Source of the DNA: Diplonema japonicum
Taxonomy: Eukaryota > Protista > Euglenozoa: Diplonemea
Assembly: GCA_964019335.1 (NCBI GenBank)
Contig: OZ025718.1
Coordinates: 62,001 to 126,000, forward strand
Direction: 5' to 3'
Length of the DNA: 64,000 bases
Part shown: positions 57,635 to 64,000 of the stretch, in pieces
Layout: every line of letters starts with the position of its first letter
Position numbering within the stretch: the first letter of the stretch is position 1
The notes under the pieces: model-generated
Told to the model about the DNA's origin: nothing
What the model saw: the letters and a program-made list of their open reading frames with translations, nothing else
Database searches by the model: none
Translations under genes and position numbers: made by a program

Positions 57635-57803
57635 AAAGTTAATTAAAGAAGTTGTTTTAAACCTACGTGCAAGGATTGATGGCCTACCGAAGATGAAATG
57701 CAAACATAAACACGTTAAGAATAAAAACAAAAAGCAAGTCCCCACACTCCACACGCCTCGCCCTGCATCGCGCACAGGTATGACACTCGTTAGCTATGCT
57801 AAC

Positions 57804-59330
57804 TTAACCTTCTTGCTCGTCGAGTTCCACCCAATTGCAAGACCTTTCAATGGCCTTGTCCCACTTGCGCCTATTCTCCTGGATGACCTTCGCAGGCATG
57901 GACGGGGTGAAGGTTGTAGGCTTGGCGTCGTTCTTTGTGATGGTGTCCTTCGCCTCCTGCAGCGATGAGTAGCAGCCCGCCCCGATGGCGGCACAGATGG
58001 CCGCCCCACGTGCTGTTGTCTCCTTATCATCAGGGACTGACACGTCTACCTCGGCAAGGTCTGCTTGCAGCTGCATCAGCACCTTGTTCACCGTCATCCC
58101 ACCGTCCACCTTCAGTGTGCCTGTTTTGATCCCGCTGTCCAGCTCCATCGCCTTCACCACGTCCACCGTCTGCATCGCAATGGAGGTCAAGGCAGCCCTG
58201 CAGAGGTGCGGCTTCCTCGTGTACATGGTCAGCCCACAGATGATGCCTCGTGCCTCTTCTTTCCAGTGAGGTGCGAACAGCCCGCTGAAGGCAGGCACGA
58301 TCACAACGCCCCCGGTGTCCTCCACTTGTGCGGCCAGGGACTCCACCTCGGCCACGTTGGACAGGATCTCCATGTTCTCCTTCAGCCACGTCACAAGCAT
58401 GCCTGCCTGCACCACAGAGCCCTCAAAGGCGTACATGGGCTCTTCGCCCTTGAGCTGGTAGCACAGCGTGGTCAGCAGGCCGTGCGTCGAGGGCTTCGGT
58501 GTCTTGCCGATGTTCATCAGCAGGAAACATCCAGTGCCGTAGGTGTTCTTCGTGTCGCCAACTTCGAAGCACAGCTGCCCAACAGTTGCTGCGTGCTGAT
58601 CGCCTATCATGCTCGTGACAGGGGTTCCTGCGAGTGCGGTGGTGTCCGCGGTACCCAGCTCGCAGGTGTTTGTCACGATCTCAGGCAGGCAGCTTGCAGG
58701 CACGCCGAACAGTTCTAGCAGCTCCTCGTCCCACTTCAGGGTGTTGATGTCCATAAGGAAAGTTCTCGAGGCGTTGCACACGCTGATGCAGTGCTTCTTT
58801 GTGAGGTTCCACAGCAGCCACGAGTCGATGGTCCCTAGCAGCGCAGTGCCGTTGGTGAGCCCTTCCTGCACGGCAGGAACGTTTTCCATGAGCCACATAA
58901 TCTTGAAAGCCGAGAAATAAGGCGAGCAGGGGAGACCCGTCTTGGGGCGCATGTTATCCTTGCCGCCTGTCTTACGCTCAATCCTGTCGACGATCTCCTG
59001 CGAACGCAGGTCGCACCATACAACAGCGTCGTGAAGGGGCTTTCCCGTCGCCTTGTCCCACACCACAACGGTCTCCCTCTGGTTGGTGATGCCCACGCCC
59101 TTGAAGAGAGGCTTGCTGCCTGTCTTTTCCTGGACTTTGTTGAAACATTCGTTGATGCATTTCTCAGTGTTCCCCCAGATTTCCATAGGGTCATGCTGCA
59201 GCCACCCCGGCTGCGGTGTGACCTGCTTGTGTGTCATCTGGTGGGTTGCTACTGCAGTGAGGCCCGCGTCGTACGCTATCACCCTAGTGGAGGTCGTTCC
59301 TTGGTCCACGGCTGCCACGTACCACGCCAT
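57804..59330 (-). CDS. glpK: Glycerol kinase
   Basis: DQGTTSTR, GITNQRETVVVWD, KNTYGTGCFLL, PAFSGLFAPHW, VDGGM, ETTARGAA. Confidence 0.97.
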   Translation of the reverse strand: MAWYVAAVDQGTTSTRVIAYDAGLTAVATHQMTHKQVTPQPGWLQHDPMEIWGNTEKCINECFNKVQEKTGSKPLFKGVGITNQRETVVVWDKATGKPLHDAVVWCDLRSQEIVDRIERKTGGKDNMRPKTGLPCSPYFSAFKIMWLMENVPAVQEGLTNGTALLGTIDSWLLWNLTKKHCISVCNASRTFLMDINTLKWDEELLELFGVPASCLPEIVTNTCELGTADTTALAGTPVTSMIGDQHAATVGQLCFEVGDTKNTYGTGCFLLMNIGKTPKPSTHGLLTTLCYQLKGEEPMYAFEGSVVQAGMLVTWLKENMEILSNVAEVESLAAQVEDTGGVVIVPAFSGLFAPHWKEEARGIICGLTMYTRKPHLCRAALTSIAMQTVDVVKAMELDSGIKTGTLKVDGGMTVNKVLMQLQADLAEVDVSVPDDKETTARGAAICAAIGAGCYSSLQEAKDTITKNDAKPTTFTPSMPAKVIQENRRKWDKAIERSCNWVELDEQEG

Positions 59331-59495
59331 TTTACGTATCGTTTGCCTGATGATTGTTAACAAACTGAGGGGCCTGTGTGAAAAGGTGATGAACGGGTGA
59401 AAGGCCCATGTGGATAAGTACTAGGGGGGGGAATAGCTAAAGGAGTTAGGTTACTCGAAGATAAGATTGGTTTTTTTTTTCTAAAACTCTTCTAT

Positions 59496-61793
59496 TCAAT
59501 AATGCCTGCCTGGTTTCTTCACCTTCTTGACGGCCATGCCATGGTGCTCCATGAACATATTGACCTGTGCTTTGGTGACTTTCTGGTTTGATGTGTTGAA
59601 AGCAGTGAACAAGACATCAGGATCGATGGGTTCGAGCATTAAGGTCTGCGATGTATTTTTTCTTTTTAAATAAAATTGAGTTACAGGTACCTTGGTGTAA
59701 AGGTCTGTCTCCCCATAGGAGGTGACCCCAAAGCCTTCTGTTTCGGTCATAGTCTCGTACATGTGTTGCATGACCTCCACTGTCCGTGCGGTCTTCTTCT
59801 CCGCACGCAGTTCCTTGCGGTCGTCTTGTGTCAGGACCACCCGTTCCCCGTCAGCCTGTGACAGTAAGCACTGAGATAACTGTGTGACCTGTGTTTGTGC
59901 GGCCTGTGAAAACGACTCCTTTGCCTTCCCCGCTGCCTCTACGATCTCTGCAAGCTTCCCCGTCATGAACGCCTTGCTCCCTTCTTTGATCCCAAACTCC
60001 CTGCACATCTTTCTCATTACCTCTACATTCATCCTCGGCACCACTCGCTGAGACGGGGATGCGATTTCCTCCATTTCTGCCTCCGCCTCTAGCTTGTCCT
60101 CGGCTTCTTCATTTTCGTGTATCTCGGGTGACCTTCGTGCCTGTGACGCTGTCTTGGCACGCTCCACCGCCTCTGCGATCTCCGTCAGCTTCCCCGTCAT
60201 GAACGTCTTGCTTCCCTCTCTTATCCCAAACTCTTTGCACATCTTCCGCATTGTCTCCACCGGCAGCCTTGCGACCCTGCCTGCCTGGCCCTCCGGCTCC
60301 GTAGAAGCTGACTTCGGACCCCTCACCGCATCGGTCAGCTCACCCCATCGCGGCATAGGAGATGCAGCATCTGAACTCCCGCAGTTTCGAGGCTTGGGCG
60401 ACGCATCGGAAACCCTACCCCTTTGTGACTCAAGAGAGACGCTTGGAACCTCGCGAGGCTTGGAGGTGGCATTGGAAAGCCTGCCTGTCTGTGGCATAGC
60501 GGGAACCTCAGAAAGCCCGCACCCCCGTGGCATTGGGGAAGACGCATCGGAAGGCGACGTCACGGGGGGGACCTGAGCACAAGGGATAGGCGACTCCAGA
60601 GGGGCTTCAGGTACCTGCGCACAAGATAAAGGAGTCACGTCGTCTTGCACACGGGAAGAGTCCCGCGCACAATGGGGAGGGGTCACGGGAGGTGGCTGGG
60701 CACAGGGAGGTTGTTCGGTCGCCGTCTGCTGGCTTCCCTCGGTCATCTCAGCGAGGCGGGCGGTCATAACCTCCCGTGTGCCGAGGGAGATGCCGTATTC
60801 AACACACAAGCTCTCAAGTGTCTCCACGGGGAGCAAGTCGGCACCAGCCTCCTCGACAATCTTGATACTGTGAATAACATTCGCAACGTCAAGAGAGGCA
60901 GGCTTCGCATCTTGAAAGATGTCTGTCTCATCAGGGCTGGGGTTGAAGGCGATGACCTTAGGCGTCGCAGGGCACACATCGCGCTCGAAGAGGATAGAGT
61001 CAGTGGCCTCGACACATGCACTGGCAGCTGCAATGCATAGCACATGGATGTGCAGGTAAGTATTCAACACAGCAGGCTCCGCTTCCGTGGTGAACACCAA
61101 TGAGCTATGGAGGAGGAGGGAAGCTGTGAAGGGTGTTTCTGAGGGTGTTAACCTGGCCGCTTTGTCGTTGTACTGTCTCACGATGTCCCAGACCCTCCCG
61201 CTGCACTCGGCGGCAAGCAGCCGCAGGATTTCAGACGCTGTGGCGGGTTCTACACCACCGCATTTGTCATGCAGTTCGGGGATGACTAAAGTTGAGATGT
61301 GGCGTGGGATAGGTGGCGTGCAAGAGCCCGCATCACATCCATCTGGAGAAGAAGACTTCGCCAGTTCCCAAAGTCCTGCGGTTGGCCGTGTCGCTCGTGA
61401 GATTTGTAATGTGCGTTTCTTCAGCATCTCATTTTCTTCTTTGAGTTTTGTTATCATGTCTTGCATCTCTTGTGTGTCATCCCTCCCAGTTTGTGGTGCT
61501 TCCTCTTGCTGACTCAGTACGGGTAAGATGGGTGGTTGAATGGGTGATAAGATGGGTGTGACGTCAGGCTCCTTTGGTGGTGGTGCCGTGTCGCACTCTA
61601 CTTGTGAGGTCACGAAAACGTTCTCTGCGAAAACTGGGACAAACTCTTCCTTTTTAGCCGCAGGCCTGTTGGTATACCTCCCGAAGGGGTTCACCTTAAC
61701 CTGCTGCAGCGGTGGTTGCTCATCGTCTCCTGGGGGCTTCTTTTGTTTTTTCCGCTTTGTCGCCTCTGCTTTATCCTGCTTTCGTTTTTTCAT
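59496..61793 (-). CDS. SLX4-like endonuclease scaffold (SAP-type repeats plus C-terminal SLX1-binding domain); in-frame intron 59646-59690
   Basis: Three copies of LPVETMRKMCKEFGI...KTFM..KL.EI. After removing a 45-nt intron the C-terminus reads LYTKTLMLEPIDPDVL...KVTKAQVNMFMEHHGM, resembling the SLX4 CCD. Confidence 0.68.
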   Translation of the reverse strand: MKKRKQDKAEATKRKKQKKPPGDDEQPPLQQVKVNPFGRYTNRPAAKKEEFVPVFAENVFVTSQVECDTAPPPKEPDVTPILSPIQPPILPVLSQQEEAPQTGRDDTQEMQDMITKLKEENEMLKKRTLQISRATRPTAGLWELAKSSSPDGCDAGSCTPPIPRHISTLVIPELHDKCGGVEPATASEILRLLAAECSGRVWDIVRQYNDKAARLTPSETPFTASLLLHSSLVFTTEAEPAVLNTYLHIHVLCIAAASACVEATDSILFERDVCPATPKVIAFNPSPDETDIFQDAKPASLDVANVIHSIKIVEEAGADLLPVETLESLCVEYGISLGTREVMTARLAEMTEGSQQTATEQPPCAQPPPVTPPHCARDSSRVQDDVTPLSCAQVPEAPLESPIPCAQVPPVTSPSDASSPMPRGCGLSEVPAMPQTGRLSNATSKPREVPSVSLESQRGRVSDASPKPRNCGSSDAASPMPRWGELTDAVRGPKSASTEPEGQAGRVARLPVETMRKMCKEFGIREGSKTFMTGKLTEIAEAVERAKTASQARRSPEIHENEEAEDKLEAEAEMEEIASPSQRVVPRMNVEVMRKMCREFGIKEGSKAFMTGKLAEIVEAAGKAKESFSQAAQTQVTQLSQCLLSQADGERVVLTQDDRKELRAEKKTARTVEVMQHMYETMTETEGFGVTSYGETDLYTKVPVTQFYLKRKNTSQTLMLEPIDPDVLFTAFNTSNQKVTKAQVNMFMEHHGMAVKKVKKPGRHY

Positions 61794-61952
61794 CGCATTT
61801 CGTTTTCTTTTTTTTTTCTCCTCTCTCTTTTTTTTGTATTTCTTTTTTTTTTTTTTTACGTGTGCAAAGAGAAGGAGAGGGGGGAGGGGATTCGTCATAA
61901 AACTGATGTATGATCCACTGTCACTGAAAGAAAAGAAGAAAAAAGGTCGTTT

Positions 61953-62225
61953 TCATTCACCTGAAAGCAACTTGTACCCTTTGACGGGGTTTGCTCTCGT
62001 CACGCAGTCGCACACCGTGTGGATGGCGCATGTTCGTGCCCCGTACACAGATTTCCCTCCTTTCTTTTGTTTGATCACTTTGCTCACCACCGCGTACTGT
62101 GTCATTTTTCTAGCGTCACCCCTCTTTCGCTTCACCCTCCCGGACTTGCCCACCTGCCTTGCCTTGTCCTTCGTTTTCACTTTGTTCGATTTCGCCGGTG
62201 CTTTGGCTTTTCCCCTTTTGCCCAT
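61953..62225 (-). CDS. Small Lys/Arg-rich protein of unknown function
   Basis: 90-aa ORF, very basic, with CAIHTVCDC. A possible terminal intron could change the last residues. Confidence 0.6.
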   Translation of the reverse strand: MGKRGKAKAPAKSNKVKTKDKARQVGKSGRVKRKRGDARKMTQYAVVSKVIKQKKGGKSVYGARTCAIHTVCDCVTRANPVKGYKLLSGE

Positions 62226-62557
62226 TTTTTTTTTTTTTTTGTGTGTGAAAAAAAACCAAAACTGGACTCTTTTTTTTTCCTCTTTTTTTTTTTTTTTTTT
62301 GCACGAAAGCAGAAGGGTGATGACTTGGGGTCAGAGACAGACAGGGTAAACATGGAACAACCCACTCCAACCAATCAGGCAAAGAAAGGAACAACGCTCC
62401 AGTCTAGACACGCAACCAAGGTGGCCGAAGAAAAAAAAAAGAAAGCAGCTAGAAAGCTGGGCTTCGGTACGGAACTATAGAGATGGGTGAATAAGCTGCG
62501 AACAAAAGGCATGGCTAGAGGCGACGAAGAAGCCGGGGGGTCAAAGCAAAAAAAAAA

Positions 62558-62596
<39 letters not shown>

Positions 62597-62634
62597 CGTC
62601 ATTAGAAAAGGTTAGGTAGTTCCACGACGATATT

Positions 62635-63621
62635 TTATTTAACGCGTTTCTCAAAGGCCTCAAGCACGCACCCCTCAGTGTGCCGCGACTCCAATGCTAT
62701 GTCGTACGCCGTCTTCCCATTCTTGTTTTTCTGTGTAACAGAGGCTCCACTGTCAAGAAGCAACAAAACAACCTCAGGAAAGGTCATGTAGCAAGCCTCA
62801 TGCAGCGCTGTATCACCATGCAGGTCCATTGTATCTATGCAGACCCCCTTCCCGAGAAGGACCCTAATATTATCCACACTTCCATTCATCGCAGCATGAT
62901 GAAGGGTTGAGGCACCGATGGGGGGCCCCCGTGGGTCTACCGTGGGATGCCCGACAATATAAGCTGAGAGCAAGCGGCTGTCACAAAGACCAGCGAGATA
63001 TAATATAGCAGGTTGGTTGTTTAAAATGTCTTGCCTCGGATGGCCTCGTCGCAGGAGCTCAGCAACATTCTCCACTTTAGCTCTGAACGGGTAGTGGTTC
63101 AGGTAATCTTCGCTGATGGGGTACCCCTGGTCTAGGATGTATGAGAAGACAGAAGGGTGAGCGTTCTTCATGTAATCCCATGTTGATGGTTTCCATGAAA
63201 GCGATGGGTTCTTCTCTTGAAGAATCTTAGCACTGGTTAGTGTCAAGCTGTTGAAGGTATTTGCGTACAGTGCTATATCTACATGCTCGGTGGGCATGGC
63301 TTGTGTAAGGAGGTGGATTACTTCTTCGTTGTTCGTTGTAAGGGCGTGGGCCATGGATTTTCTTCCTGGTGTTATGGACATTGTGTCCAGCTTGTCCTTT
63401 GCTCTGCACTCTTCTTTGAGGGTAATGGTGACTTCTGAGGTGATCCCTGTCTGTCCGATGGGGCCGGAAAGCTTTGCTCCTTCGTGTTCCAGATCAATGC
63501 GACCCGCCATGACCTCACGATTGCTCTCCACCTCGAGCCGCTTTTTTACGTCCGTCACGTCCTCGTTGTACTCCACCTGTAGAACGTACTGTGAGCAGGC
63601 AGTTCGGAAGCATATGTCCAT
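62635..63621 (-). CDS. Ubiquitin-like N-terminal domain plus ankyrin repeats
   Basis: MDICFRT...EDVTDVKKRLE...IDLEHEGAKL; STLHHAAMNG, GDTALHEAC, GKTAYDIA. Confidence 0.85.
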   Translation of the reverse strand: MDICFRTACSQYVLQVEYNEDVTDVKKRLEVESNREVMAGRIDLEHEGAKLSGPIGQTGITSEVTITLKEECRAKDKLDTMSITPGRKSMAHALTTNNEEVIHLLTQAMPTEHVDIALYANTFNSLTLTSAKILQEKNPSLSWKPSTWDYMKNAHPSVFSYILDQGYPISEDYLNHYPFRAKVENVAELLRRGHPRQDILNNQPAILYLAGLCDSRLLSAYIVGHPTVDPRGPPIGASTLHHAAMNGSVDNIRVLLGKGVCIDTMDLHGDTALHEACYMTFPEVVLLLLDSGASVTQKNKNGKTAYDIALESRHTEGCVLEAFEKRVK

Positions 63622-64000
63622 TTTTTTCTTTTCTTTTTTTTTTTCTTGAAGGGTAATAGTGCGGAAAGAGGAGGACGAAAATGAATAAAAAAATGGCAAG
63701 AAGAGAGAAAAAAAAAGCAGGGGAGAGTAAATTGGGGGGGGGGGGGGGGTAGCCACACTAGGAAAAAAAAAAAAAAAAAAAAAAAACAAAACAAAGAAAG
63801 TCACATCGAAATCAAAAGGAGGAGATATGCGAGAGAGAGAGAGAGCGGGGGGGAGGAGCCCTTCCTCACATTCATTCTCCTGCTTTTCTTCAGCTTTGGG
63901 GAGTGGGGGGGTTTTTTTTTTTCCTTTAGATATGGTGGTGATATCTCCATTTCTTTCATAAAAACGGGTGCCACTTGGCAAAATCTGGGAGAGCAAAAAA

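Noticed and set aside
1-64000. CRISPR arrays, tRNA, rRNA or spliced-leader RNA genes, and euglenid-type non-canonical introns
   Set aside because: None recognised by eye. All frame breaks were explained by GT-AG introns, with one possible GC-AG.

Overview
Eukaryotic nuclear DNA from a euglenozoan, most likely a diplonemid-type flagellate. The evidence is a BILBO1-family gene, a bacterial-type mitochondrial Topo IA, and all ~28 protein genes on the minus strand as one directional cluster. Genes carry about 30 introns that I could reconstruct by hand; most are 31-60 nt GT-AG mini-introns with a GTATG donor and an A/C-rich (not pyrimidine-rich) acceptor. Housekeeping genes: beta-COP, NAP/SET, Topo IA, STRIP/Far11, CD2BP2, RRP6, glycerol kinase, TTL-family and SLX4-like. 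Surface and signalling genes: a PKD2-like channel, a 2.4 kaa adhesin built from bacterial-type cadherin-like repeats, an EGF-like/mucin receptor, an FN3 protein, a duplicated DOMON gene and an acylated ankyrin-pseudoglutaminase. Non-coding DNA holds a decayed TA-flanked pogo-like transposon, a two-copy MITE family, two dispersed repeats, a 1.4 kb gene-plus-spacer duplication and a two-copy structured element with a hammerhead ribozyme core. All calls come from reading motifs by eye; no searches were run.
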